Shown here one piece after another: positions 10,090 to 21,619 of a stretch of DNA of 47,857 nucleotides. The stretch is from Spirogloea muscicola (Eukaryota): NCBI GenBank assembly GCA_009602725.1, contig WELB01000007.1:1134336-1182192 (forward strand). Direction: 5' to 3'. Numbering within the stretch: the stretch's first letter is position 1; the number at the start of each line of letters is the position of its first letter. The notes under the pieces are model-generated. The model saw nothing but the letters and a program-made list of their open reading frames with translations, was not told where the DNA came from and made no database searches. A program made the translations under genes and the position numbers.

Positions 10090-12661
10090 CCTCCGCTGGC
10101 AGCGGGCCGACGACGTACGCGAGCAATGCGAGCCTGGACGCCAAGGTCACCATCCTCACGCGCGTGTTCGAGATCGCGACGCAGCAGACCGAGGTCAGCG
10201 CCACTGTGCCCCCCCTGCAGCGCAGCCGCCGAGTGCAGCGGCGCCCTTGCACTGCAGACGATCTTATGATGGCCACGCGCTTACGTGGGACCAGGTGGAG
10301 CACCCACTCTGCTTGGAGTGCACACGAGAGCTCTGCAAGGAGCTCGAGGCTGAGGTCGACGAGGTGGAGCGCGACATTGTCGCGTACTCCGCGCTGCTGG
10401 TGGAGCTCGAGGCTGAGCCATCGCACGGCATGACCCACGCGGACTACTCGCTAGAGAAGCAGAAGGTGAGCCGCCGCCAATGTGCGGCTGCTCGGCAAAG
10501 AAAGCTAGCATCCCAGTTGCCTCGAAGCCGGTGCCCATCTTATGGGGGTCATGTGCTAACATGGCGGTAAGAGGAGCTCGAGCGAGCAGGCCTCCTGTGC
10601 CTCCTCAATACAATGTGTCAAAAAGCCCATCTTTGCTGATCTTTCCGCTTCGGCTAGTCGGGGCTTCCATGTGCTGACGTTGCAACCGTGCATTGGCTGC
10701 GCATTACCACGAAGACAGCACTATGACAGTGCCGTGCAAGCGGCCAGCATTGTGTCTTGTAAGGAACACAAAGAGGTACCGGGGAAGGTGCTGATGAAGC
10801 ACGTTGGTGCCAGTGTGCTGTAACGGATGCAAGGCCAGTCACATACCAGCACTCTTCTGCTGGGCGGGGCAGGCGGAGGAGGAGGAGCAGAAGCTGCTGC
10901 GGCAGCTCCGGGGCGTGGAGGAGCAGCAGGCGGAGGTCCAGGCGCAGCTGGCAGGCCTCAGCGTCAAGTCCCGTGAACTTGACGAGCTTGAGGAGCGGTG
11001 AGATATGAAGCTCCATACTGTGCTCCACAGAAACCTCGCCCTGCTACTCCTGGCAGTCAACTAGTGAGCTATGTGCCTTGCGAGGCGGTTGCTCTGGTCA
11101 CAGCTAAATTTGTTCGTGGTGCACACCGGTCACTGCAGATATTGGCATGAGTTCAACGACTTCAAGCTGCAACTGGCGTCACACCAGGTTTGCTGCAGAC
11201 ATTGCACCCCTGTACGCTACATCCTGACCCCTAGATTTGAAAGTGAGAGTACTGGTAGCCAGTTAGCATCTCACACCCCTGACCCAAACACTTACTGTCT
11301 TCTCTTGCTGCTGGTCACATGTCACCAGTCTTGCAAGGAGGCCAGCGCCAGCTGTGTTGCAGATTTGCTGCTCATGCTCCCCACAGCGCAGCAAGGGTTG
11401 AGAGGGGACGCTCACCTGCTGAGCTTGCAGTCAATGATGTCAATGACGTGCGCAGGAGGAGCGCGATGCAGTGTTTGCCAAAATTGAGGTGGCGTCTGCT
11501 CAGCTGGAGGCCCTGAAGCACGTCAACGTCTTGAATGACGTATTTTATATTTGGTACAAGGACGACTTTGGCACAATCAGCAACCTCCGTCTTGGGAAGC
11601 TGCCTCACATTCCGGTTGATGCCTTGCACCTCCATCAAATGGAATTGGGGCATACTCCTTCTCAGCTCTCTGGCTCGCAAGTGTCTGAAGCAATCTGTCC
11701 GAGCAAGAAGTGCATGCCAGAGTTGCCAGGGCTTCTTACGAGAGCCGTATGCGCGAGTAGGTGGAGTGGGACGAGATCAATGCAGCATGGGGCCAGGCCT
11801 GCCTCCTCCTTTTCACCATGGCTCACCTGTGTCGCGTGACCTTCTCGTAAGTGCCCCCAGATGAAGCAACAGCAAAGAGGAGCTCCTATTGCAATGGGGA
11901 TACTGTCATCCTGATCCGTGGGCAGGATCTGAGTGCGACTTGCGTGATTGGTAATGCATAGGTACCGGATCCTACCTATGGGAAGCTATCCAAGAATAGC
12001 TGACAGCAAAGATACCTACAACCTGTGCGTCTCCTCCCACTCTTCGAACTCAAGTGAAGACCTGAGAGCTGCTTGAATTCTCCTTTAAAAACAGGCAGAC
12101 AACCCCACTGTGGGCACTGGGGAATAGATGCTAGATAAGTCAATCTGCCGAGGCTCCTCACTTTTCTGAGCTGTAGTTGCTGCAGTTGTTGCAAACTCCA
12201 CCTTTGATGACACCGTGCTGCAGTTTTGGGCCTGTCAACATCTTCTGGAGCACCCGGTATGACAAGGCCATGGTGTTCTACCTCGCCTGCCTCAAGGAGT
12301 TTGCTGACTTTGCGCACGCCCGTGACCGCGCTGCTGAGCTGCCTCCTGGCCAATCCTGCTTCCAGCTTCCATACAAGTGAGGCTGTTGCTTCAGGTTCCT
12401 CATGCAGCGCTGGTGTCTCTGTGGGGTTGGCAAGCTTCAGGCAGTCCACTGCACATCTGATCCCCAGAGGCTGGTCACTGATGCAGAATTGAAAATGACG
12501 AGGTCAACGGGTTCACAATTAAGCAGAGCTTCAACCGTGAAGAGCGGTGGACCAAGGCACTCAAGTTCATGCTGTGCGACCTCAAGGCCTGCCTAGAGTG
12601 GCTCTGCACTGCTGGACGTGGCACGCCCTCGCACCCAACCTCAACAGAACCCAAGGCGTAG
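10090..12661 (+). CDS. ATG6: Autophagy protein ATG6/Beclin-1, multi-exon, N-terminus not found
   Basis: [147 protein letters not shown]. Stop at 12659-12661. Start coordinate is approximate. Confidence 0.92.
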
Positions 12662-13100
12662 TGCCTCAGGAGCAAGCGGCAGCCCCCTTCATTGGTGGCC
12701 ATGTACATACAGCAAGCTGTTTGTTGCTTCGTCCGATTGAGCCTCTTGGGGTCTCAAAGAGGTCTTTTTCTTGTCACTTGGCAGCGGTACTGCTTAGCTG
12801 GCAAGTGCTGACTCTGTCTACGCTGGCCTGGTCGCGGAGGGGTTACGGTTGTTCTTCGCAGCAGCAGGCACTAGAGAATGCTAGGCATGTGCCTTGAGCA
12901 GGGCCTTGAATAGGTCGTCAAGAGGGAGCCTGCAGGTGGGATGCGCGCCCCTAAGAGGGCGGCGTGTTCCAGCACAAGCTGCCTTGGAGCCGCCAGCCTT
13001 GCTGGAGCCAATTGTGCCGGCGGCATAGCTGAGCATGGTGGCGGCGACTAGGCGTCAAACCGTGGACTAGATGCTGGAGCGATGCTGCACGCCCCGTGCA

Positions 13101-13861
13101 GGTTGTCTTCCTGGGCTAGTTTTATACAGCCATCGCCTCTTCATGGACAGGATTGCTGTGTAGGGGCAGAGGGCCAGTGGCGACAGTGGCATGGGCGGGA
13201 GAGGGCTCGCTTGAAAGTAAGCCTCTTCCAGTAGAAGTGGCACTCCCAATGGGGGCAAGGGCTGTGAAAAGCCAGCCCGAAAATGAATTGACAAAGTTTC
13301 GAAGGGGCCAAATGATGGAGGGGCCTAAAAAGCGCTAAGCAGCTACGAAGGGGGCCTGAAGATGCTATGTCAGAACGGGGGAGGCTGGACTATTCAGTAG
13401 TGACGAGTGAGGAGCCTCAAATCCGACAAACTAGCTGCCGGAAAACTATCCCCCTGACGAAAGCCGGAGGCCGCAGCGAGAGCACGGCCAGCACGCAGAC
13501 GCAAGGCGTGGGCCATGGACCGCTGAAGGGAGACGGACAATCGCGTACGATATACCTAAGCCCACGAGCCAGCGGAGGGCGATGGCTGTGTTTCCCTAGC
13601 TCAGAAAAAGAGGGAACAGCTTTCGAGGGGCCAGGCAATCACTAACGAAGCTCAGGAGGAATTTTCATGTACTGCAACAATCGAAGTCCAAAGTGGCCAC
13701 GTACTGAGAGGGAATGAAGTGTACTAAGAGATCGAGGGCCTGTGTGGCCAAGTACAAAGGCAAGCACATTGAAATGAAACGGCTGCTGAGCGGCTGTGAA
13801 AGCCAGCCAGATGCAAACAGGTTTTTATGACGGAGCCACAGGCTAGGCAGACAGGGCGCTC
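13101..13861 (-). mobile_element. Cluster 2, part a: stacked 3'-end remnants of RLE retrotransposon families
   Basis: 13235-13650 is the same family as 4736-4945 and encodes ...RLSVSLQRSMAHALRLRAGRALAAASGFRQGDSFPAASLSDLRLLTRHY* (stop 13394). 13780-13860 is the UTR shared with 23580-23670. There is a degenerate plus-strand hairpin end at ~13101-13160. Confidence 0.8.
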
Positions 13862-15283
13862 TTAGTAACCCCGTGTCAGCAGTAGGAAGTCAGATGAGCT
13901 GAGGGGAGAAAGAGCAACCCCGCTGCGCAAGCCAGAGGCTGCTGCAAGGGCGCGACTTGCGCGGCGATGCAAAGCAAACGCTTGGGACCGCTGTAGGGAC
14001 ATGGATAAACGCATGCGATTGCAGGACACAAGACCAAAAGGCACCGAGCCACCGGGAAGGGGTGTACCCTGTTCCCGGCGCTGCTGGTCAGCTTGAGATG
14101 CCAGCAGCGAAAGTAACGAGTACCACCGACCCCCGTAACACCCATGGATGTCCATGGCCAGGGGGTAAAAGGCATCACCCGCCGGGTGGTCCTTGTACTT
14201 GTGCATTTTCTACTGTTCGGCCACCTTCACGGCATAGCCGGTCTCAGAAGTCACAGGGCCCTTCGTCCAGAAGCTGTCGGTTAGGACGACGTCCATGAGA
14301 AGCCGCTTGCCACCTCCCAGGGGTTCATTCTTTTTTGGGCCGGCTTTGCCAGCCCCTCTTCTCTATGGGCGCGCACTTCTCCCAGGGGGACGCCAATTAG
14401 ATCGACACGCCGCGTCCAAGGGACCCCGTTGCGGAGCTGGACGGGCATCACCCCGGTGCTCTCCGCCGCCACTTGATATCCCGCCTCCTTGACGATGCCA
14501 TACTTGGCGTCACGTAGGAAGTGTGGGAGACCGTGCGCTCACTTCCTTTGGCACACCTGAGCATGTGGTCACCCATGAGCACTGCATCATGCTCAATAAG
14601 CCCACCTTCACATTGGGTCACCCCTGCCAAGCACAGGGATGGTAAGCCAAGACGGCGGCGCATACCATCGCAAAACAAAGCATTTTCCATCCGCAAGCCC
14701 GCAGGCAAAGGCAAAGCGCGGAGCCACTCAGACGCTCCCAGAGACGAAACAGATAGGAGTCGAGCCTGGCCTCGAGCATCCCCTTGGAGGAGACTCCGAA
14801 GATGCTCCAGGTTGCTCGTCTGCAGCACAGGAAAACCGCGATTGAGCCTTAACATCAGAAACGTCAGCCCAGGCAGCAAAACTAACAGGCTCATTCACCA
14901 GAGGCGGGTATGCGGCAAAGAGGTCCTGTTGGCATGCTTTGAGAGTCACTTGGAAAGGCAGACTCCCCTGAACCACGTTACTGATGTGAGGCGCCAATAC
15001 ACGACGTTGCTCAAGGAGGAATCGTCCAGATATGGACGAGGCCACCTGAGCCCAGCAGCCAAGGTACGCTGGTCTGCATAAGCGGACCAAGGGGCGACAA
15101 CCAAGCCCACCGTGACGTATGGGCGAGCAAGCGCGGCCAGATTAACTGGTGGCTGGGAGAGGCCAGGGATGGGCAGCGTACATTGCACCAGTGCTGCTGG
15201 AGACTGCTCTAGGAGTGGGTGAGCAATCAGATCAGCAAGGCATTGCTGAAGCTTGACATCAATGGATGCATAGACCTCATCCA
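13862..15283 (-). mobile_element. Decayed CRE-like RLE non-LTR retrotransposon: C-terminal ORF region (post-RT segment, Zn-knuckle, restriction-like endonuclease), cut by the gap
   Basis: After removing two mini-insertions the frame reads QCTLPIRHGGLGCRPLVRLCRPAYLGCWAQVA ... QARLLSVSSLGASEWLRALP...MRRRLGLP...CEGG...DHMLRCAKGSERTVSH ... RRVDLIGVPLGGGKRLLMDVV...AE Q*KMHKY...FYPLAMDIHG...RLSMSLQRSQA...LLLTRGY*. Frameshifts and one in-frame stop are present. Clade assignment is from motif recall. Confidence 0.85.
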
Positions 15284-15638
15284 NNNNNNNNNNNNNNNNN
15301 NNNNNNNNNNNNNNNNNNNNNNNNNNNNNNNNNNNNNNNNNNNNNNNNNNNNNNNNNNNNNNNNNNNNNNNNNNNNNNNNNNNNNNNNNNNNNNNNNNNN
15401 NNNNNNNNNNNNNNNNNNNNNNNNNNNNNNNNNNNNNNNNNNNNNNNNNNNNNNNNNNNNNNNNNNNNNNNNNNNNNNNNNNNNNNNNNNNNNNNNNNNN
15501 NNNNNNNNNNNNNNNNNNNNNNNNNNNNNNNNNNNNNNNNNNNNNNNNNNNNNNNNNNNNNNNNNNNNNNNNNNNNNNNNNNNNNNNNNNNNNNNNNNNN
15601 NNNNNNNNNNNNNGCCGCTGCCGCCTCCAGCCGGCGCC

Positions 15639-18600
15639 ATGCAGTACCGCGGGGAGCCCCCCGAGTACCACTTCCGTCCCGCCGGCCGCGGCGGCGGCGC
15701 CGCCGGGCCCTCGCCGTCTGTGAGCGCGCGCCCCAACCCCCCGTCCTGCTCTTCGCCGCACACCACGGCCGCGCCTCCGGCCGCAGCCGCCGCGAGGACC
15801 GCGGGGGCCTGTACTCCCCTTGGGCCACCGTGGAGGCATACTCCCATGTCTGCGCAGGCAGGGCTGGCCTTTCCCCTCCTTTCTCAGTGCTGACTCGTGG
15901 TTACCGAGCGGGTCAGCTTGGCAGCAGGTGATGTACACCTGTCGATGTCCTTGCCTCTGTACTTGGCCACCCAGGCCCTCCACCGCTCAAGACAACCTCC
16001 ATATCTCAGTGCTGGAGGCAGGCCTGGACGAGTGCGTGCCTCTGCTGCGGGCACTGAGCTTGTCGTGCCGCGGGCCCGTGGGCGTGCAGGAGCTCCCGGC
16101 CTACCGGGAGGGCTTCCCAGGCGGCCAGCGCGGGCCGGGGCCTCGGCCAGGCGACGGGGGCCGCGGCAGGTTCTCCGACCCCGCCGCCCGGCGAGACCGC
16201 GACGGCGCCTACAAGCACGACGGCGGCGGCGCGTCGCCGGCCAAGGGCCTTTACGTGAGCGGCGCAGCTACTTGCCCCTCTGCTCTCGCCCTGGACGCAC
16301 GGCGCACCGCGCCGATTTGCCTACCATCAGACGCTTTCCGCGCATTGTCTCGCCAGCCTCTGTCACTGCTGTGCGCGTGACAAGTGCGGGTGTCCGGCAC
16401 ACTCAATTATGAGCACTGTGGTTGTGGCCTTGCAGGACGTCAGAGGGCCCTACCCAAGTGACAGGAACGGCGGCAGAGGCCAAGCTGACCGTGGGCTTCC
16501 AAGGTCTGACGACTACGACGGCAGGGGAGGCGAACGCAGAGACCGAGGGCCTCCACCTCCTGGCCGCAAGGTGAGTGCCGCAGTGTCCCGTTGTCGTCGG
16601 GCACTGTTGCTGGTCTACCTTTGTGCGCCAATTATGTGTGGGAAGCCGTTAAAAGAGCAGCAAGCTCGTCATATGCAGGCAGCAAGTGATCCGAACGACA
16701 TAGGTGAGCCAACGGAGGTCCTCTGGGTGGGGTTTCCACTGTACCTCCGCGTGGACGAAGCGGCCCTGAGGCAGGAGTTTGCGGTATTTGGCGAGCTGGA
16801 GCGCATACGCGCCTTTCCCGGTCGCACGTATGCATTCGTGCAGTTCAAGCGCCTGCAGGACGCCATCACGGCCCGGGAGGCGCTGGAGGGCAAGCTCTTC
16901 AACGACGCGCGTGTTCATATTAAATACTCAAAGACCGAGGAGGAGAAAATTGCGGAGCGCAAGGACGATGTGGGCCCGGGCTCTGGCAAGAAGCTCTTGC
17001 GGGGCCTCACAGATGCCCATGGCGGGGATCTCTACCACGATGCTGTACCACATGCATGGGGGCCCTCTGGGGCCGGCCTCGCTCACAGCGAGGGTGATAT
17101 CCCCAGCTGGCAAGGAGGCCCTGCGCGGGACGAAGCGCATCTGAGAGAGTTTGCTTATCGGGATCCCAAGCGCGCACGGATGGCGGGGCAAAGCTTTGGT
17201 GACGGGCAAACAGTCCTACCACTGGAGTCACTCGCCGCAGGTGTCGCATACGAGCACGGCCGGTTGCCGGCTGAGTCAACTATTGATGTGGGCCTCAAGC
17301 CCGGCCCTCCAGGCTTTAATCCTGGCCCCGTTCCCGGCGCCCCGGGTCAGCCGCTTCTTCAGGCGCAGTACTCGGACCGGAATGCCGCGTGGTTTGGTTC
17401 CGTGGCCAAAGGTGGCGTGCACGTGTGCAAAGCGCGGTCGTCGTCCCTGGGCAAGCCCCTTGATGCGGCATTGTGAGTTGCTCCGAGCAGCCTACTTGTA
17501 CACGTCTTGTCAGTGGGGAAGTGGCTGCTTACCTGTTGCAGGTGTGTTGCAGGTGCAAGCAACAAGGCGTAGGCTACTTGCGTCTCACTTTGCGCAAGCT
17601 GAGTCACTGTGCAGCTTGGCTGGTTGCTGGTACTATTTCTCAATAATCTTGTCAAGCACTTCATTAGCTGTCCAATCGGCTCTTTCCTGGGTGCAGGCCG
17701 GATGTCATTGACTGCCGAGCACGGACAGACCTCGACATCCTAGCGCAGCATGTGTATCAGGCCGGTGACTTTGGTGTGGTTGCGCTCCTGCCTGAGGAGG
17801 ATCCGGACGTCCCACCATACGAGGAGTTCGTGCAGTATCTTGGAGAGAAGCGGCGCGCCGGCGTAGGAGAGCTCGCCGATGGCTCCACGCTCTTCCTGGT
17901 GCCTCCGTCGGACTTTGCACAAGTTGTCCTCAAGGTCCCCCGCAATGACTGCCTCTTTGGGCTCGCTCTCAAGTACCCCCCAAAGCAGCCGCTGGTAGAC
18001 AGTAGCCATACCGCGGGGCCGCCGGCCCCGCCGCTGCTGCCGCAGTCGATGCAGCACCAGCAGGCGCTGTTGCAGCAACAGCAGCAGGCAGCAACAACTA
18101 GCGCGCAGGCGTTTCAGCCGGCGTCCCATGCGCCACCGTCAGGCCACTATACGCAGCAGGTGCAAGGTTCGCAGCAGCAGTACGCCCCACCCCGTGCACA
18201 GGACGTTGCTGTGTTGCCTGGGCAAGCAAGGCCGGGGCCTGCGCAGGCGCCGCTGGCCAGCCAGGGGGGCCCTCCGACGGGTGCGGCGGCGACTTCGTCC
18301 CAGCTCTCAGCGCTTGCCGGAATTCAGGGTCTCACGCCGGAGCTTCTTGCCACCATCAATGGGCTGCTTGCCAGCAGTGGTCAGCCTGCTCTCCTGTCGG
18401 CCGTCCCCCCAGGCATTGCAGCCCCGCCGGGCCCGTCACCGCCGCCGCCGTCGACTATGTCGGGCGGTCCTCGGCCTCCTCCACCAGCAATCAGAGGCCC
18501 TCCGCCACCTGTAGGACCTTCTTCCAGCACCGCTGCGGCTGTGGTGGGCCCTCTTGGGGGTCCTTTGCCGGGCGTCTCGCTGCCATCCTATCGGCCGGGC

Positions 18601-19068
18601 ATGTTTGCGTCCTCTGGCACTGCGCTGCCGCCGCCGCCCAACTGGCAGATGCAGCAGCCACTGCAGCACCTGGAGGCGGCGACAGCGTTGCAGGCTCACC
18701 AGAGCGGCAGCTCAGGGGCAGCACTGCAGCCGGCGGGAGGGGCAGGGCCGTCACTGTATGCGGCCCAGTTTGCAGGCCCGCCCCGGTTGCAGCAGCAGCA
18801 GCAGCAGCAGCAGCAGGCGCAGCAGCATCAGCAGGGGCCTCTTCCGCCTGCCACCGCAGCTCCCGCCAGCGCGCTGCAAGGCTTCCAGGCAGGCTCGGCG
18901 CCAGCACCTCTGCACTCGGCGGCCTTGTACCCGCCGCCGCCACTGCCGCTGGCGCCGCAGCAGCAGCCGCTACCAAGGCCAGGCATAGGGATGGCCGCAG
19001 CACCAGCGCCGGTGCAGCTGCCAGCCGACCAGCTCGCCCAGCTGACGGCGTTGCTTACGCAGAGGTCT

Positions 19069-19148
<80 letters not shown>

Positions 19149-19830
19149 GCCGCAGCAGCAGCAGCAGCAGCAGCAACTGCAGCAGCAGCAGCAGCCGCAG
19201 CCGCCGGTTGTGCCCCAGCCGAACCCACTGCAGCAGCTGCAGCAGCAGCAGCAACTGCAGCAGCAGCAGCTGTATCAGGGGGCTCCTGCTACGGTCCCCC
19301 CGCAGCAGCCAGCACAGGCAATGATGATGCAGCAACCCCAGTACAGGGGACCACCCCAGCAGTACCAGCAATACCAGCAGTACCAGCAGCATGCGATGCA
19401 GCAGCATCCGCTACAGCAGCATACGGTGCAGCATACGCAGCCGCCGCCACAGCAGCAGCTAGCCTCGGGCACGAGCAGTGCCTGGGATCAGCAACAGCCG
19501 CACCACCAGATGCCGCGACCGACACAGCCGCAGCAGCAGCAGCAGCAGCCACATCCACAGCAGCAGCAGCATAACGCCGCCACTTTGCAGGCGGCGCAGC
19601 ATCAGCAGCAGAATCAGCAGCAGCAACAGCAGCAGCAGCAGCAGCAGCAGCACCAGCAACAGCAGCTCGTACAAGCAATGCCGCCGTCGCAGCAGATGTT
19701 GCCTGAATCGTCAGGGGCAGAAGGGGATGATAAGTCAGAAGCAGAAAAGCAGAAGCGTTTCCAAGCCACATTGCAACTTGCTGCCGCACTCCTCCAGCAG
19801 ATGCAGCAGCAAAAACCGGCTGGGACATGA
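15639..19830 (+). CDS. FPA: FPA-like Spen-family RNA-binding protein (RRM + SPOC + Q/P-rich tail), multi-exon
   Basis: RRM PTEVLWVGFP...FAVFGELERIRAFPGRTYAFVQF...LEGKLFNDARVHIKYS. SPOC domain WFGSVAKGGVHVCKAR...|PDVIDCRARTDL...YEEFVQYLGEKRRAGVGELADGSTLFLVPPSDFAQVVLKV. FPA-type C-terminal helix KRFQATLQLAAALLQQMQQQ. The true start may lie in the upstream gap. Confidence 0.85.
19069..19146 (+). repeat. (CAG)26 coding trinucleotide repeat within a larger Q-rich region (~18790-19810)
   Basis: Uninterrupted CAG run seen directly, in frame in ORF 17752..19830. Confidence 0.9.
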
Positions 19831-21619
19831 AGACAATCAGTGCACAAGGCAATCAGCTTGGGAACCTTGAAGGTATACATGGAGACAACCTACTTAATGA
19901 CATGGCACAATAGTTGTCGGTAATGAAGCAAGTAATGTGAGAGTGACTAAATGTGAAACACTGCCTGGTCAGCGAGGCAGTGACAGGGTTTACTGGAGGT
20001 CTCGCACTCCCAGCTCAGCTGCCATATGCCTCTTGGAACGCTCAGCGTCGCGTGCATCAAGTGCACCCCACCATAAAAGTCACGATCCTGAGAGCTGTAG
20101 GTGCCCAAAATGCGGAGTAGCAGAAGCTTGCACATTACTTTAGCATCATGCAATGAGCTGCCTAAAGAAGGAAGGGTGTTGCTGCGATGATCCTCACATC
20201 AGATCGTGGTCAGTGCTGTATCAGGCTGTTACCTTAGAGGGGTGCCTGACAATGTAAGAGCCCCTAAGTGAGAGAAGTTGGTCATCGTGTCGCTTGTGTA
20301 CAGATTGAAGTAATGACTAAACCTGCTCAAAGCCAGAGCTGCATGCAGATTGCAACACCTGGACATGAGAACACTGCGCTACACGTGATGGATGCGTCTA
20401 TACTCTAGGAGGCAACAGACCGTGCAACCTGTTCGCTCTTAGGAAATGCCAAGAAGCCTGGGCTCTGTACCTGACAAAAGCTGTCCCTGCTTCCTTGAAC
20501 CTTGACAGAAACCATGCAGAAGCTTCACCAGCTAAGCTTTGAGGTGATGGAGAGGAGGCCGCTAGGGAAGTGTTTAAGTATCATCACAAGCTCTCAAGCC
20601 CTTGGAAGGCTGCCGCCGCATCACACTGATTAAGTGCTGCAGTAAGAGACTCGAGTATGATGCAGTCTTCGAAATTGTGGGGTGTTGAGGGGCGTTTTGC
20701 CTGAAGCCATTTCAGCTGCATTGCAACAAAAGCTGTCACTAACATTTGGCAGCCTTTGCAAGAGGTGTCTGGTCAACATCAATCGTCAGTTGCAACATCA
20801 ATTGACGGTGCAAAGAGCAAGGCACAAGCTGCAACTGCCTGCAGGATGTGCGAGGTTGTTATCGCAGGCTGACTGCTTTACCGGGTGCCAATTAAGTCCC
20901 GGTCTGCTTGTCTGCCTCACATCCAGTGAAGCACTCACAATGTTGCTGCTGCAAGTCTGGGACTTGCACTGTTGCACTACAGCAAAACCTGGAGAGTACA
21001 TGTCGTGCTGATCAATTAGGAAACTGCCTTGTGGCTCATGAGTGTGGACAACAATTGTGGACAAAAAATGACTCGATCATAGCACTGCAGCTCCAGTTGC
21101 TGCATCAAGATGTCTAAGAGTGGATCATCATAAGCAGGCTAAATTCATTTTACGCCATCACATCCACTGTGGCTGACACGTGACACCACAGCCAAGACAA
21201 TGAGGTGACCACGCGTAAATCGACGCTCAGAAACTGCAAATTACCAAGTTGCTAATGTGATTGCAAACGGTGGTCCCATAACCACATGAACGACATTGTT
21301 GCCATACACAGAAGAGAGAAGAGTATGACAATTATTATGTAAGATGTTTTAGTATATCACTAATATATGTTGGGCTTCCTTTCATCCGCCCTCTGCAGTA
21401 TGCCCTCAATAAAATTGGGTTGCTCCACTGAGATGGCCGGAAAGAGCTGGCCGAAAATTAGCAAAGCTGTGGTCGCAATCCAATCTTCTGCAACCCACTT
21501 GCATAACAGAAGTGGGCATTGGTTTAAAGACAGGCGGCACTCTTTGTGCGACGGGGCCTGGCAAGCGTAGGTTGGTGAAGCGGGAGCAGTTGGTCTTGTC
21601 GGTGTCATAGTGGTGGACT

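Noticed and set aside
13235..13440. Helitron-type 3' hairpin ends
   Set aside because: There is no CTRR terminus, TSDs are present, and the attached ORFs encode RLE retrotransposon motifs rather than Rep/helicase.
14946..15983. Long ORFs spanning N gaps (also 23783..25327)
   Set aside because: They are open only because N codons are translated as X, and they join unrelated sequences on either side of the gap.
18970..19880. Antisense poly-Leu, poly-Ala and poly-Cys ORFs
   Set aside because: These are shadow frames of the CAG-rich FPA coding sequence.
19900..21610. Short ORFs downstream of FPA
   Set aside because: No recognisable domains or coherent exon chain. Treated as UTR or intergenic sequence.
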